Positions 39,827 through 54,409 are shown, numbered from the stretch's first letter. The stretch: 64,000 bases of DNA from Blastocatellia bacterium (GCA_963765495.1 CAVXWP010000001.1:416001-480000), one strand, 5' to 3'. The notes: generated from the sequence alone by a model not told the origin. Translations and numbers: made by a program.

Positions 39827-40010
39827 TAATTCCCTGATTTACATTTTGGGGATGCCGGGGTGTTATCCTGGCGCTGGCTGGTCTTAGCTTTTGCCGTTTG
39901 ATACAATCCGCGCTGCACTATACAATCGCTTGAAAACGCACAGGGAACAAGCAAACGGACTGATGGTCTCTTTTGATTCCCGCAATCACATAAAGCAAAT
40001 GGAGGCTGCC

Positions 40011-41657
40011 ATGCAGGTAATAAAACAGTCGAAAGTTTATGATGTCGTAGTCATCGGCTCGGGGGCTTCGGGCGGAATGGCCGCGTGGAACCTGACCCGA
40101 CAGGGCGTAAACGTATTGATGCTCGACGCGGGGCAGAAGTTCGACCGAAACAGTTTCTGGACACACGTCTTCCCCTACGAAAGGCGCGAACGCTACGCGC
40201 GAGGCGAGCGACCGCCACAATTCTTTCTCGATCAAAAAGAGCAGCCTTATATCACTCCCGAAGGCCATCCTTTCACCTTGATACGAGTGTGGGGCAGAGG
40301 CGGGAAGACAAACGTCTGGGGCAGGGTCAGCCTTCGCTATTCCGATCTCGATTTCAAGGCCGCCGAGCGCGACGGATGGGAGATACCCTGGCCCATCAGC
40401 TATAGCGACATCGCGCCCTACTATGACAAAGTGGATCAACTCATAGGCGTGTGCGGAGGCGATGACGATTCAGATTCGCTGCCGGGTAGCCGTTATCATC
40501 TGCCTCCGCCAAACCTGCGCTGCTGCGAGGTGCTGCTCAAGAAGGCAGGCGGACGGTTGGGAATCCCGGTCGTCAATATTCGGCGGGCCGTGCTGACGGA
40601 AAATCACGGCGGCTTTCCGAAATGCCACTTCTGCGGAAGATGCGGAGACGGATGCGATACATCGTCATTTTTTAACGCGAGCGATTATCTCGTCACACCC
40701 GCGCTCAAGACGGGCAAACTCGAAGTGAAAAACAATGCCGTCGTAGCTCGCATACTCACGGACAAAAAAGGCAGGGCGAGCGGCGTGCAATACTTCGACC
40801 GCAACAGCAAACAGGAGTATCAGGTGCGCGCCCGCGTGGTCGTCTTGGGCGCTTCCTGCATAGACTCGACCCGCATACTTCTCAACTCGAAATCGGATGC
40901 CTACCCGAACGGCATAGGCAACTCTTCCGACGTTATAGGCAAGTATCTGTGCGAGCAGGTGCGGATTCACGTCAAGGCTTTCCTGCCCGAACTTTTCGGC
41001 AGAGAGACCACAAACGAGGACGGCATAGGCGGAGCGCACATGTACATGCCGCGCTTCAATCATCGCGGCAAGAAACGCGATTACCTGCGCGGCTTCGGCA
41101 TGCAGTTCTGGGGGTCGGGCTGTCAGTTGTCGGCCAATAACTTCGCGCAGAAGTTCCCCGGCTTCGGTTCCGATTTCAAGACAGAGGTGCGCCGCCACTA
41201 CCCTGCATGGGTCGAGCTTCATCCGTTTGGAGAGACCCTGCCGCGAGCCGAAAACCGCGTGACGGTCGAAGGCACTCCGGTTGACAAGTACGGTATTCCG
41301 CTTCCGAAGATCACCTATTCGACAAGCGATAACGAACGAAAGATGGTCGAAGAGATGTACGACACCTGTGAGATGATGCTGCACGAAACAAAGGCGGAGG
41401 TCTTTGAATTCGAGCGCGGAAAGACAGACTCGAACGGCTCGGCCATCCACGAACACGGCACGTGCCGAATGGGAGATGACCCGAAGCGGTCGGCGCTCGA
41501 CAAATTCAACCGCATGCACGATGTTGAAAATCTGTTCGTAGTGGACGGCAGCGCGTTCCCTTCGGCATCCGAGAAAAACCCTACGCTGACGATCCTGGCG
41601 ATGTCGTGGCGGGCTACGGATTATCTGGCCGACGAGATGAAGAAAGGAAACCTGTAA
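40011..41657 (+). CDS. GMC-family FAD oxidoreductase (glycoside 3-dehydrogenase/gluconate-DH flavoprotein-like)
   Basis: [16 protein letters not shown], Fe-S motif [20 protein letters not shown] and NPTLTI. GGAGG precedes ATG 40011. Confidence 0.9.
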   Translation: MQVIKQSKVYDVVVIGSGASGGMAAWNLTRQGVNVLMLDAGQKFDRNSFWTHVFPYERRERYARGERPPQFFLDQKEQPYITPEGHPFTLIRVWGRGGKTNVWGRVSLRYSDLDFKAAERDGWEIPWPISYSDIAPYYDKVDQLIGVCGGDDDSDSLPGSRYHLPPPNLRCCEVLLKKAGGRLGIPVVNIRRAVLTENHGGFPKCHFCGRCGDGCDTSSFFNASDYLVTPALKTGKLEVKNNAVVARILTDKKGRASGVQYFDRNSKQEYQVRARVVVLGASCIDSTRILLNSKSDAYPNGIGNSSDVIGKYLCEQVRIHVKAFLPELFGRETTNEDGIGGAHMYMPRFNHRGKKRDYLRGFGMQFWGSGCQLSANNFAQKFPGFGSDFKTEVRRHYPAWVELHPFGETLPRAENRVTVEGTPVDKYGIPLPKITYSTSDNERKMVEEMYDTCEMMLHETKAEVFEFERGKTDSNGSAIHEHGTCRMGDDPKRSALDKFNRMHDVENLFVVDGSAFPSASEKNPTLTILAMSWRATDYLADEMKKGNL

Positions 41658-44885
<3,228 letters not shown>

Positions 44886-44896
44886 CTCGATTTTTT

Positions 44897-44960
44897 AGAC
44901 AGGATAAACAAGATTTACAGGGGTTTCGATCCTTTTCCTGAAATCTTGTTTATCCTGTCT
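44897..44960. terminator. 20-bp inverted repeat (nonamer ACAGGAT/ACAAGAT family D), probable terminator
   Basis: AGACAGGATAAACAAGATTT...AAATCTTGTTTATCCTGTCT just after the GH2 stop; a related copy lies at ~55412-55480. Confidence 0.7.
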
Positions 44961-45033
44961 GAGTCGCTTTTCACGCCCCGTCAGCCCTGATTTTTATCCA
45001 AATCTCCTCTAAATCGCTCATTCTGTAAAATTC

Positions 45034-45087
45034 TTAATGATTTTTTAACAAGCGTGTTACACGTCTGTAACACGCTATTTTTATACT
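45034..45087 (+). promoter_or_regulatory. Putative Pho boxes plus -10 element upstream of pstS
   Basis: 11-bp-periodic hexamers TTAATG, TTAACA, GTTACA and GTAACA (45034, 45045, 45056, 45067), followed by TATACT at 45082. Confidence 0.7.
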
Positions 45088-45133
45088 CCCAATTTGGAAT
45101 ACCAACAAAAAAACGAGAGGACCTACCCTTACA

Positions 45134-46225
45134 ATGATTAAACGCACATTAGCATCGAGACTGGCGATTGCGCTACTTGCGGTATCGCTCTCTGCCTTGA
45201 CTTTCGTTGGTTGCTCCGGCACAGCAGGAGGCCCTGATGCGGGTGGTGAAATCAGGCTGACGGGCGCGGGCGCGACCTTTCCAAACCCCATCTATCAGAA
45301 GTGGTTTAGCGAATACAACAAGATGCATCCGAATCTGAAGTTTGACTATCAATCCATCGGATCGGGTGGAGGCATCAAGCAGATCAGCGAGCAGACGGTT
45401 GATTTCGGCGGCTCGGATGCGCCGATGACCGACGATGCTTTGCAAAAAGCGCCGGGCGAGCTTCTGCACATTCCTACGGTTCTTGGCGCGGTCGTAATAA
45501 CCTACAACCTGCCGAGCGTCACAACCGACCTCAAGCTGACGCCCGAGGCAATCGCGGGAATATTCCTGGGCAAGATAACTAAGTGGAATGACCCGGCCAT
45601 AACAGCCACAAACCCGGATGCGAAACTCCCCGGCGATACCATTACGTCGGTGCATCGTTCGGATGGAAGCGGCACATCTTTTGTGTTCACCGATTATCTT
45701 TCAAAGGTGAGCCCCGAGTGGAAGGCCGGACCCGGCGCAGGCGTATCGGTCGCCTGGATAGGCGGTGTCGGAGCCAAGGGCAACGAAGGCGTCACGGGAC
45801 AGGTAAAGCAAACCCCGAATTCCATCGGCTATGTCGAACTGGTTTACGCCGAGCAGAACAAGCTGCCCGTGGCCGAGATAAAAAACTCATCGGGTGATTT
45901 CATCAAGCCCACGCTTGAATCAATAACGGCGGCGGCGGCTGGCGCGGCTGGCCAGATGCCCGAAGACCTGCGAGTCTCGATCACAAACGCGCCTGGGCAG
46001 GCGGCCTATCCAATCTCTTCGTTCACCTATATACTGGTCTACAAAGATCAAAAGGATCAGGCTAAAGGCAAGGCTGTTGCAGATTTCCTCTGGTGGGCGA
46101 TTCACGACGGCGAAGGCATGGCAAAGGACCTGACGTACGCGCCTCTGCCTACAGAAGTCGTGAAGAAGGCCGAGCAGAAGATCAACTCGATCACCTTTCA
46201 GGGCAAACCGCTTCACACAAGCTAA
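45134..46225 (+). CDS. pstS: Phosphate ABC substrate-binding lipoprotein
   Basis: GAGATFP, YQSIGSGGG, DFGGSD, HRSDGSGT, GNEGV, YPISSFTY. Confidence 0.96.
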   Translation: MIKRTLASRLAIALLAVSLSALTFVGCSGTAGGPDAGGEIRLTGAGATFPNPIYQKWFSEYNKMHPNLKFDYQSIGSGGGIKQISEQTVDFGGSDAPMTDDALQKAPGELLHIPTVLGAVVITYNLPSVTTDLKLTPEAIAGIFLGKITKWNDPAITATNPDAKLPGDTITSVHRSDGSGTSFVFTDYLSKVSPEWKAGPGAGVSVAWIGGVGAKGNEGVTGQVKQTPNSIGYVELVYAEQNKLPVAEIKNSSGDFIKPTLESITAAAAGAAGQMPEDLRVSITNAPGQAAYPISSFTYILVYKDQKDQAKGKAVADFLWWAIHDGEGMAKDLTYAPLPTEVVKKAEQKINSITFQGKPLHTS

Positions 46226-46252
46226 GCGTGAATCAGGGCATGGGTAAACGCT

Positions 46253-47248
46253 ATGACTACCAATAGAGAGCCTTCTTCGGCGGAGGCTCTCCGATTTTTT
46301 TCAATCCCTCTACAGTGGCTGCGAGGCTCCGAACGCATTGGCGACCGAGTGTTCCGCTTTGTGACCATGGCGTTTGCGCTCCTGATTGCGGGGCTCACCG
46401 TCCTGATAATAATCGAGATGGCGCGCAATTCGACGCTTTCGTTTTCAAAGTTCGGACTGAGCTTTATCTGGCGCGAGATCTGGGATCCGGTGCGCGAAGA
46501 ATTCGGCGCGTTACCGTTTATTTACGGCTCGGCAGTGACTTCGATAATAGGGTTGCTGATCGCCGTCCCTGTAAGCATAGGCGTAGCGGTATTTCTGACC
46601 GAGCACGCGCCTCGCTCGCTTGCGACCCCGATCTCGTTCATAGTGCAGTTGCTTGCGGCCATACCGTCTGTGGTTTATGGACTTTGGGGCATATTCGTGC
46701 TGGCTCCGCTTTTGAGAGAACACATCTATCCGGCGCTTCAGTCGACGCTCGGTTTTCTGCCGATTTTTCAGGGAAACTTAAACGGGCTCGGGCTGATGAC
46801 GGCGGGGATAATCCTTTCGATCATGGTCGTGCCAATTATCACATCGGTCACAACCGACGTGCTTGGGGCCGTGTCGAGTTCGCAAAGAGAAGCCTCGCTC
46901 GCGCTGGGCGCTACCAGATGGGAGGCGACACTTGTCGTCTTGCAGAACGCGAAATCGGGAATCACAGGGGCGATTATACTCGGGCTTGGGCGCGCTGTCG
47001 GAGAGACTATGGCCGTAACGATGGTCATCGGCAATCGCCCTGAGATATCGGCTTCGCTTTTCGATCCCTCGTATACGATTGCCTCGGCCATCGCAAACGA
47101 ATTCACCGAGGCAACGACAGAGACGTATCGCCACGCGCTTGTCGAGCTTGGATTGATACTCTTTATCATCACCTTCATCATCAACGCGACTGCAAGGCTG
47201 CTGGTGTGGGGAGTGACCAGAGGCCAGGGGAGAGCGGCTCATGCGTAG
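46253..47248 (+). CDS. pstC: Phosphate ABC permease
   Basis: LAAIPSVVYGLWG, ALGATRWE, RAVGETMAV, IANEF.EA. Confidence 0.96.
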   Translation: MTTNREPSSAEALRFFSIPLQWLRGSERIGDRVFRFVTMAFALLIAGLTVLIIIEMARNSTLSFSKFGLSFIWREIWDPVREEFGALPFIYGSAVTSIIGLLIAVPVSIGVAVFLTEHAPRSLATPISFIVQLLAAIPSVVYGLWGIFVLAPLLREHIYPALQSTLGFLPIFQGNLNGLGLMTAGIILSIMVVPIITSVTTDVLGAVSSSQREASLALGATRWEATLVVLQNAKSGITGAIILGLGRAVGETMAVTMVIGNRPEISASLFDPSYTIASAIANEFTEATTETYRHALVELGLILFIITFIINATARLLVWGVTRGQGRAAHA

Positions 47249-48080
47249 TCTCGGGCGTAGAAAGCTGTTGAGCCACACTATGACCGCGCTAATGACCGGG
47301 GCGGCGGTTATGGTGATCGGCGCGCTCGTGGTCATACTCGGCTATATCGCCGTGACAGGCGTGCGCGAGTTGACTATCGGGTTCCTCATCAATGAACCAA
47401 AGCCCGTGGGCGAGCCGGGCAGCGGGATAGCCAACGCCATAGTCGGCACTCTGATCCTGATCGGGATCGCTTCCGTAATCGGGTTGCCCGTAGGCATACT
47501 GGGCGGGCTTTATCTGGCGGAGTTCAGTTCGAATCGTTTCGGTCAGGTCCTGCGATTTTTGATAGACACGCTCACAGGGGTTCCATCCATAGTCGTCGGC
47601 GTATTCGCCTGGACTGTGATCGTCAGGCCGATGGGCCATTTTTCGGCGCTCGCGGGCGGAATGTCGCTTTCGATTTTGATGATGCCGATAGTGGCGCGCA
47701 CGACCGAAGAGATGATTCGGCTCGTGCCGCACAGTATGCGCGAAGGGGCGCTGGCGCTTGGCGCACCCGTCTGGCGGGTCAGTCTTGGCGTCGTCTTGCG
47801 CGCGGCAGCAGGCGGCGTGGCGACAGGTGCGATGCTTGCAATCGCTCGCATCGCGGGCGAGACCGCGCCTCTGCTCTTTACAGCGCTCAGCTACAATTAC
47901 ATGAGCACGAACATCTATCAGCCCATGGCCTCGCTCACCTATCAGATATACTATTACGCAGGGTCGCCTTACGAGCAGTGGCATTCGATGGCCTGGGCGG
48001 CGACCCTCGTGCTGGTCGGGATGATTCTGGCTATCAACATAGTGGTGAGAGTGCTTACGAGAAACCGTCATCATGCGTGA
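47241..48080 (+). CDS. pstA: Phosphate ABC permease
   Basis: GIANAIVGT, GVPSIVVG, REGALALG, ARIAGETAPLLFT. Confidence 0.96.
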   Translation: MRSLGRRKLLSHTMTALMTGAAVMVIGALVVILGYIAVTGVRELTIGFLINEPKPVGEPGSGIANAIVGTLILIGIASVIGLPVGILGGLYLAEFSSNRFGQVLRFLIDTLTGVPSIVVGVFAWTVIVRPMGHFSALAGGMSLSILMMPIVARTTEEMIRLVPHSMREGALALGAPVWRVSLGVVLRAAAGGVATGAMLAIARIAGETAPLLFTALSYNYMSTNIYQPMASLTYQIYYYAGSPYEQWHSMAWAATLVLVGMILAINIVVRVLTRNRHHA

Positions 48081-48172
48081 TCCGTGAAGATTGATGCGTG
48101 AGACTTGCCGTTAGCCTTAAACAGGCTATCCGACTGAAAGTCACGAATCACGAATCACGAATCGCGAATCAC
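48074..48172. repeat. Family A-like heptamer-arm element inside the pst operon
   Basis: TGCGTGATCCGTGA...TCACGAATCACGAATCACGAATCGCGAATCACG. Confidence 0.7.
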
Positions 48173-48181
48173 GGAATACTT

Positions 48182-49066
48182 ATGAATGAACAGCAAGAGC
48201 TGAAAAAGACGAGAGAAGATATGCAGAGCACCAAGGTAGTTCCAGACGTAGCCGCGCCGGTTCCAAGAACCGAAGTCCCGCCGCGCTCGGAGGCGGAAAA
48301 GAGACCGGCGGAAAAAAAGATCTGTGTCGAGAATCTGAATTTTTATTACGGGCGCACGCGGGCGCTCAGGGACATCTCGCTGACCATTCCTGAAAAACAG
48401 GTGACGGCCTTTATCGGCCCGTCGGGCTGCGGCAAATCTACGCTGCTGCGCACGCTCAATCGCATGAACGATGTCATACCGGGGACGCGCATCGAAGGCA
48501 AGATCACGCTCGACAGTCAGGATATTTATGGTTCCGCGACCGATGTCGTATCGCTTCGGCGCAAGGTCGGCATGGTCTTTCAAAAATCGAACCCGTTTCC
48601 CCGCTCGATATTTGATAACGTGGCATACGGGCTTAAAATCAATAAGATGACCGACTCGAAGGCAGAGATGGCCGAGCGGGTCGAGGCGAGCCTTCGCGGG
48701 GCGGCATTGTGGGACGAAGTAAAGAATCGTTTAAAAGAATCCGCCTTTGGGCTTTCGGGCGGCCAGCAGCAGCGCCTCTGCATAGCGCGGGCGCTTGCCG
48801 TCGAGCCGGATGTGCTTTTGATGGATGAGCCCTGTTCGGCGCTCGACCCTATCGCCACGCAGAAGATCGAAGAGTTGATCGTTGATCTCAAGACGAAATA
48901 CACGATAGTCATCGTGACGCACAACATGCAGCAGGCCGCCCGCGTGTCGGATTTGACGGCCTTCTTCTGGCTCGGAGAGATGATAGAATTCAATACGACC
49001 GAAAAGATGTTTACAAAGCCGGATAATAAGATGACGGAAGATTACATCACCGGCCGATTTGGATGA
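48182..49066 (+). CDS. pstB: Phosphate ABC ATPase
   Basis: [39 protein letters not shown]. Confidence 0.96.
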   Translation: MNEQQELKKTREDMQSTKVVPDVAAPVPRTEVPPRSEAEKRPAEKKICVENLNFYYGRTRALRDISLTIPEKQVTAFIGPSGCGKSTLLRTLNRMNDVIPGTRIEGKITLDSQDIYGSATDVVSLRRKVGMVFQKSNPFPRSIFDNVAYGLKINKMTDSKAEMAERVEASLRGAALWDEVKNRLKESAFGLSGGQQQRLCIARALAVEPDVLLMDEPCSALDPIATQKIEELIVDLKTKYTIVIVTHNMQQAARVSDLTAFFWLGEMIEFNTTEKMFTKPDNKMTEDYITGRFG

Positions 49067-49082
49067 TTTTGGTGGGTGACAG

Positions 49083-49171
49083 GTGATGCGTGATGCGTAA
49101 TTGACCAGGCTTGCAATTTGTCTTTTACCGGCAGGCTCCCTACAGGTCACGTATCACGAATGACGCATCAC
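49083..49171. repeat. Family A heptamer-arm element (diverged core)
   Basis: GTGATGCGTGATGCG-TTGACCAGGCTTGCAA...-TCACGTATCACGAATGACGCATCAC. Confidence 0.75.
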
Positions 49172-49189
49172 TATTCAGGATTTAAACAA

Positions 49190-49849
49190 ATGCATAACCG
49201 ATTACTTGAACAGGACTTGAACCGGCTCAGAGACAGATTTCTCGTAATGGGCGGCGCAGCCGAGCGGGCTATTGCCGGGGCTACGCGCGCGCTCATTGAG
49301 CGCGACTCGGACCTTGCCGAGCGCATCATTCACGAAGACGACGCGATAGATCAGATGGAGCTTGAACTTGACTCGATATGTGTTGATATTCTCGTGCTCA
49401 AGCAACCCGCGGCATCCGATCTGCGCTTCGTGATTTCGGCTGCGCGCACCGCTCCGGTCGTCGAGCGCATGGCCGATCACGCTGTCAACATCGCCAAGCA
49501 CGCGCTTGAGCTAAACAACGAGCCGCAACTTGACATGCACATAGATGTGGAACGCATGGCTATTGTTGTGCAAGAGATGCTGATAGATGGGCTTGATGCA
49601 TTCACCTCGGGCGATCCGGAACGGGCGCGCATTACGATTGCCCGCGACGATGAGGTGGATTCGCTTTATGATCATCTTTACAGCCAGGTCATCGACGTAA
49701 TGATGCGCGATGCGAGTGCGGTCGCGCGAGGAGCGCAGTGGCTATTTGTGCTGAAACATCTTGAGCGCATAGCCGACTACGTGACGAATATATGCGAACA
49801 GATAGTCTATATGGCGAGAGGCCAGGTGATAAAACATACAGTATGGTAG
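49190..49849 (+). CDS. phoU: Phosphate signalling protein PhoU
   Basis: QPAASDLR, ERMADHAVNI, DDEVD.LY, LERIADY..NI.E. Confidence 0.95.
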   Translation: MHNRLLEQDLNRLRDRFLVMGGAAERAIAGATRALIERDSDLAERIIHEDDAIDQMELELDSICVDILVLKQPAASDLRFVISAARTAPVVERMADHAVNIAKHALELNNEPQLDMHIDVERMAIVVQEMLIDGLDAFTSGDPERARITIARDDEVDSLYDHLYSQVIDVMMRDASAVARGAQWLFVLKHLERIADYVTNICEQIVYMARGQVIKHTVW

Positions 49850-50577
49850 CAAGCGGCGACGAATCACGCTTACGCAAGGTTGTAATCGTCGAGGACGACG
49901 AAGACATCGGAGACTCGATACGCTACAACCTTGAGCGGGAAGGCTTTCGAGTGAGGGTGGCAACGACGGGTGAAGATGCTTTGAATCTGATACTCGATTC
50001 GCCGCCCAACCTTATATTGCTCGATTTGAACCTGCCCCATATGAGCGGATTCGAGATGTGCCGCCGGCTGCGGGCTGAATCTACTACGGCGCGAGTGCCG
50101 ATCCTGATACTTACGGCGCGGACGGATGAATCGGATAAAGTGCTGGGATTGAATCTCGGAGCTGACGATTACATCACAAAGCCATTCAGCATGCGCGAGC
50201 TTGTGGCGCGTGTAAACGCCGTGTTGCGCCGCTCAGACGGAAGCGACATCGAGCGCCCAATCTATGACAACGGCGTGCTGATGATTGACCCGTCGACCTT
50301 CAACGTGCGCTGCGAAGGCAAGGATGTGCGTCTTACGCGAAAAGAGTTCGCGCTGCTTTCAGAGCTTGCGCGCAATCAGGGCCGGGTGATGACGCGCGAA
50401 GTCCTGCTCGACCGTGTGTGGGGACTCACCTATTACGGCGATTCGCGCACGCTCGACGTGCACATAAGACGGCTGCGGCAAAAGCTCGGCAATCCCTCGC
50501 TGATAGAGACGGTCACGGGCGTAGGTTATCGTCTGCACGACCCTCGGAAACAGACCGCGTCCGATGCATTTGAATAG
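49843..50577 (+). CDS. phoB: OmpR-family response regulator (PhoB)
   Basis: VEDDED, LLDLNLP, GADDYITKPF and winged-helix RTLDVHIRRLRQKL...TV.GVGY; lies in the pst operon. Confidence 0.88.
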   Translation: MVASGDESRLRKVVIVEDDEDIGDSIRYNLEREGFRVRVATTGEDALNLILDSPPNLILLDLNLPHMSGFEMCRRLRAESTTARVPILILTARTDESDKVLGLNLGADDYITKPFSMRELVARVNAVLRRSDGSDIERPIYDNGVLMIDPSTFNVRCEGKDVRLTRKEFALLSELARNQGRVMTREVLLDRVWGLTYYGDSRTLDVHIRRLRQKLGNPSLIETVTGVGYRLHDPRKQTASDAFE

Positions 50578-50616
50578 CTGGTTTCCTTCAGTCCGAGCCT
50601 TTATTTTGAGTGATAG

Positions 50617-52035
50617 ATGAAAGACCTTGCGCGACGAGTCCGAATGGTGACGGCGGCGGCGGTGGGAAGTTTTGCCCTCTACGAGCTGGTAAAGACGCTG
50701 CTTTATCCGGGCATGTCAGTCGTCGCTTCCCACATAATAACGGTATTTGTCGTAGGGACTATAACGTTCTTTGTCTCGCGGTATGCGCTGACCCGCTACA
50801 GCGCGGCGCTAAAGGAAATCGAGCGACAGACTGAAATGACGGAGGAGACCAATCGTTTGCTATCGGCTGTGCTTGCCACTATGCGCGAGGGGGTGGTGAT
50901 CGTAAATTCGCAGATGCATGTCGTGCTCTATAACAACGCGGCTGCGCGAATAGTGAAACTTCCTGACCCGACTGCCGACCCGGCTACGATCAGGGAGGAT
51001 GATAAAACAAATGGTCGGGCGGGGAACGGTCGAGCGGGAAACGGACGAGCCGACAACGGCGACGCCACGCCTCTTCCATCGGTGCCGGGGTTCTTCAATT
51101 CGCATCTGGATGCGACACAACATTACAGACTGGTGGATGCCACACGCGATCCCGCGATAAACGACGCTTTTCGCCGCTCTCTGGAAGAGCGAAAACAGGT
51201 TGAGACCAGAATAGAGATGACAGGGATAGAGTCTCGCTCGTTTCAACTCAATGTCGCGCCGCTTGGACGCGAGCTTGCCGTAGGCGTCTTTTTCGACATA
51301 ACGCAACTGGAACGGCTCGAACGCGTACGTCGAGAATTTTTTGCCAACCTCTCGCACGAACTGCGCACGCCGCTTACGGCCATACTCGCATACGCCGAGA
51401 CGCTTTTGACCGGGGCGATAGATGACCCGGAAAACAACTCCCGGTTTGTCAAAAAGCTGTACAAACACGCGGCGCGGATGAGCGAGTTGATTTCGGATAT
51501 ATCGGATTTATCGGCCATCGAATCGGGGCAGGTGAAGCTTTCGCTCGGACCCGTCCGATTGCGCAGCGTCGTAACGGATGTCATTGCGCTTGCCGAGGCT
51601 CGCCGAGGCGATTGCGATGCCAGGTTTGAGGTAGATGTTCCCGATGATTTACTGGTGGAAGCCGACCGCACACGAACAGAGCAGATACTTTATAACCTTA
51701 TAGACAACGCGGTGAAGTTCAACCGTCCGGGCGGAACGGTCAGAGTTGAAGCGAAGGCGGGCGCGGGATTTGCCGTTATACACATCACAGACACAGGCGT
51801 GGGGATAGCCGCCGCCGACCTGCCGCGCGTCTTCGAGCGATTGTATCGCGCGGATAAATCGCGCTCGCGCAAGATCGAAGGGACGGGGCTGGGACTGGCT
51901 ATCGTAAAGCACCTTGTGCAGGCGCACGGCGGCGAGGTCTTTGCAACGAGCGAGGTGGGACGCGGCTCTCAGTTCGGTTTCACATTGCCATTGCCTGTCG
52001 CGCCGGAATTGACCTCCACGCAGTCTCATCTCTAA
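50617..52035 (+). CDS. phoR: Sensor histidine kinase (PhoR-like)
   Basis: Two TM helices, PAS-like region, SHELRTPL, NLIDNAVKF, DTGVGI, GTGLGL. Confidence 0.88.
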   Translation: MKDLARRVRMVTAAAVGSFALYELVKTLLYPGMSVVASHIITVFVVGTITFFVSRYALTRYSAALKEIERQTEMTEETNRLLSAVLATMREGVVIVNSQMHVVLYNNAAARIVKLPDPTADPATIREDDKTNGRAGNGRAGNGRADNGDATPLPSVPGFFNSHLDATQHYRLVDATRDPAINDAFRRSLEERKQVETRIEMTGIESRSFQLNVAPLGRELAVGVFFDITQLERLERVRREFFANLSHELRTPLTAILAYAETLLTGAIDDPENNSRFVKKLYKHAARMSELISDISDLSAIESGQVKLSLGPVRLRSVVTDVIALAEARRGDCDARFEVDVPDDLLVEADRTRTEQILYNLIDNAVKFNRPGGTVRVEAKAGAGFAVIHITDTGVGIAAADLPRVFERLYRADKSRSRKIEGTGLGLAIVKHLVQAHGGEVFATSEVGRGSQFGFTLPLPVAPELTSTQSHL

Positions 52036-52059
52036 ACCCTCCAGTGTTTTTGCGAATTT

Positions 52060-52239
52060 CAGGGCCATTTATAGCGGTCTTCACATGAAGGTAGCCTGTA
52101 GGGGCAGCCCGAATGAGTACATTTATTGTGGCTGCCCGAATCCGTCGTAAGCGCGATGACAGTCATCGCCCTTCGGGCGATTCGGGCAGGGACAAGCCCT
52201 GCCCCTACATTTATGCGGAAATTTGTATAAATGGCTCTG
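52060..52239. mobile_element. MITE-like element (14-bp TIR) enclosing a GTAG REP doublet at 52098-52208
   Basis: CAGGGCCATTTATA...TATAAATGGCTCTG (1 mismatch); no clean target-site duplication. Confidence 0.6.
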
Positions 52240-52342
52240 GGCAAAATCTTTCTTTGCGGGCAGTCTCTCGGTTTTCGCCTTGACATCACCTGTCAAAAGA
52301 ATAACCTTGCTTGAAAGGATTTTTTCTTAATGGCAGCCGATT

Positions 52343-54364
52343 ATGAGCAAGACACTTTCACACTATAATCTGGAAGAAGAGTTGGGTCGCGGCGGGATGG
52401 GGCGCGTCTATAAAGCCTATGACACGACGCTCAACCGCATGGTGGTTCTCAAACTTCTTGCGCCCGATCTTCTGACCGATGCGGACTCGCGCAAGCGGTT
52501 TCTCAGAGAGGCGCGTCTCGCCTCGGCGCTTGATCATCCGAACATCTGCACTATATACGAGATCGCCGAAGCCGATAATCAGTACTTCATAACCATGCAG
52601 TACGTGCCGGGCAAGACGCTCAAGAAAGTGATAGGCACAAAGCCGCTTCCGCTCGACAGCCTGCTATCGATCTCGCTGCAAGTGGCCGACGGGCTGGCCG
52701 CGGCCCACGCAAAAGGAATAGTTCACCGCGATATAAAATCGAGCAATATCATAATTACCCCTCGAGGTCAGGCCAAAGTGCTCGATTTCGGTCTGGCCAA
52801 GCTGCTTTCCGATAAAGGGCGAGCGGCGGAAGCAAGAGAGCAGGTGGAGGAGTTGACAAGGCTTGGCGCGCCGCTCGGCACGCCTTCATACATGTCGCCC
52901 GAACAGGCGCGCGGCGACAGGTCGGATCATCGCAGCGACATCTATTCGCTCGGCGTGGTGATATACGAGATGGCGGGCGGGCGACTGCCTTTCAAAAGAG
53001 AATCCAATGTCGAAACCATGCACGCCGTTATGCACGAAGCCTACAAGCCGCTTCTCGAGATCAACGACAAACTGCCGCCGGACCTGGCCAGGATCGTAGA
53101 CCACGCGATGGCCAAAAAGCCCGGCGACCGCTATCAGGCAATGCAGAAGATGCTCGGAGACCTGCAGGACGTGAATCGCGCGGTACGGCTTGGGGCCAGT
53201 GGAGTGCCTGACGGAATAACGGTTCCCTTCGTTTCTCCGAAGCGGCAGACTTTTTTCGGCTCGCTTAAACAGTTCATCGGTCGCCTCTTTTCCGGCAAGC
53301 CTGCGACAGAAATGAGCCCCTCGCAGATGCCGTCTCCCAGGCGACCGTCGAGCGCCGCGCAGGAATTCTCTATAGTCAGCGGCACGCAAAAAGCGCTGGC
53401 CGTGCTGCCTTTTCGCAATCTGAGTGGCGACCCGCAGGCCGATTTTTACGGGCTTACGCTGGCCGATGGCCTTATCACTGAGCTTGCAAGAGCGAGGGCC
53501 GTCACCGTCATGCCTTTGAGTTACGTTACAAAATATCAGAACCAGTCCATTGATCCCGCGCAGGTGCGTACGGAGATGAACGTGGATGTGATTCTGATGG
53601 GAAATTTCCTGAAGGCGGGCGAACGACTTCGCGTGACCGCTCAACTGATAGATGCATCGGGCGGCGGTATCATCTGGAGCGAAAAGATAGACGCCGACGC
53701 CGAAGATGTGCTCGCGATTCAAGATCGCATATCACAGCAGATTATGAAGGGTCTGTCTGGCGGGCAGGTAGCCGTAGACCCAACCATTTTGCTTAAGGAC
53801 GAGAATGAAGAAGTCCGTCTGGATGCGATTCGCACGCTGAAGTTTTCGCACGACCCGCGCGCGCTTTCCGTCCTTGTCGAAGCTCTCAGGGACGCGAGCC
53901 TGAAGGTCAAAGCCGAAGCCGTACAGGCCATAGTCAAACTGGGAGAGCAGGCAACAGGCCCCGTCATCGGCATGCTCAACGATTCCATGGATGAAGGCGA
54001 TTATCTGACCGCGCGTTTTGCCGCCAAGGCGCTCGGCCTTATCGGCGATAAAAGCATATCGGCGGTGCTCGTTGAATTGCTCAGGGGAGATGATAAATTT
54101 GTGGCCTGCGAGGCAGCGCTCGCGCTCGGAAGACTTGAAGAGACTAAAGCGGTTTCCGATCTGATCGAGTTGTTGGATGACGAAAATGGGAATATGCGTT
54201 TTGCGGCGGCCGAAGCCCTGGGCCAGATATGCGACCCGGCTGCGCGCAGTGCGCTGCAAAAGCGACTGGGCGACGAAGACGAGGGCGTTCGGGCCAAAGC
54301 TCGATGGGCACTGAGCCGGTTGAAAAAAGCCAGGGTTCAGGCCCTCGCCGGGTCCGCCCTTTAA
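52343..54364 (+). CDS. Hanks-type Ser/Thr kinase with TolB-like domain and HEAT repeats
   Basis: GRGGMG, HRDIKSSN, DFGLAK, GTPSYMSPEQ; LAVLPFRNLS...; C-terminal HEAT repeats VRLDAI/AALALG/AAEALG/VRAKARWAL. Confidence 0.92.
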   Translation: MSKTLSHYNLEEELGRGGMGRVYKAYDTTLNRMVVLKLLAPDLLTDADSRKRFLREARLASALDHPNICTIYEIAEADNQYFITMQYVPGKTLKKVIGTKPLPLDSLLSISLQVADGLAAAHAKGIVHRDIKSSNIIITPRGQAKVLDFGLAKLLSDKGRAAEAREQVEELTRLGAPLGTPSYMSPEQARGDRSDHRSDIYSLGVVIYEMAGGRLPFKRESNVETMHAVMHEAYKPLLEINDKLPPDLARIVDHAMAKKPGDRYQAMQKMLGDLQDVNRAVRLGASGVPDGITVPFVSPKRQTFFGSLKQFIGRLFSGKPATEMSPSQMPSPRRPSSAAQEFSIVSGTQKALAVLPFRNLSGDPQADFYGLTLADGLITELARARAVTVMPLSYVTKYQNQSIDPAQVRTEMNVDVILMGNFLKAGERLRVTAQLIDASGGGIIWSEKIDADAEDVLAIQDRISQQIMKGLSGGQVAVDPTILLKDENEEVRLDAIRTLKFSHDPRALSVLVEALRDASLKVKAEAVQAIVKLGEQATGPVIGMLNDSMDEGDYLTARFAAKALGLIGDKSISAVLVELLRGDDKFVACEAALALGRLEETKAVSDLIELLDDENGNMRFAAAEALGQICDPAARSALQKRLGDEDEGVRAKARWALSRLKKARVQALAGSAL

Positions 54365-54409
54365 CCTGAAACCATTAAGCATTCCAGGCCGAAGCAGGAG
54401 AGAGTCAGG

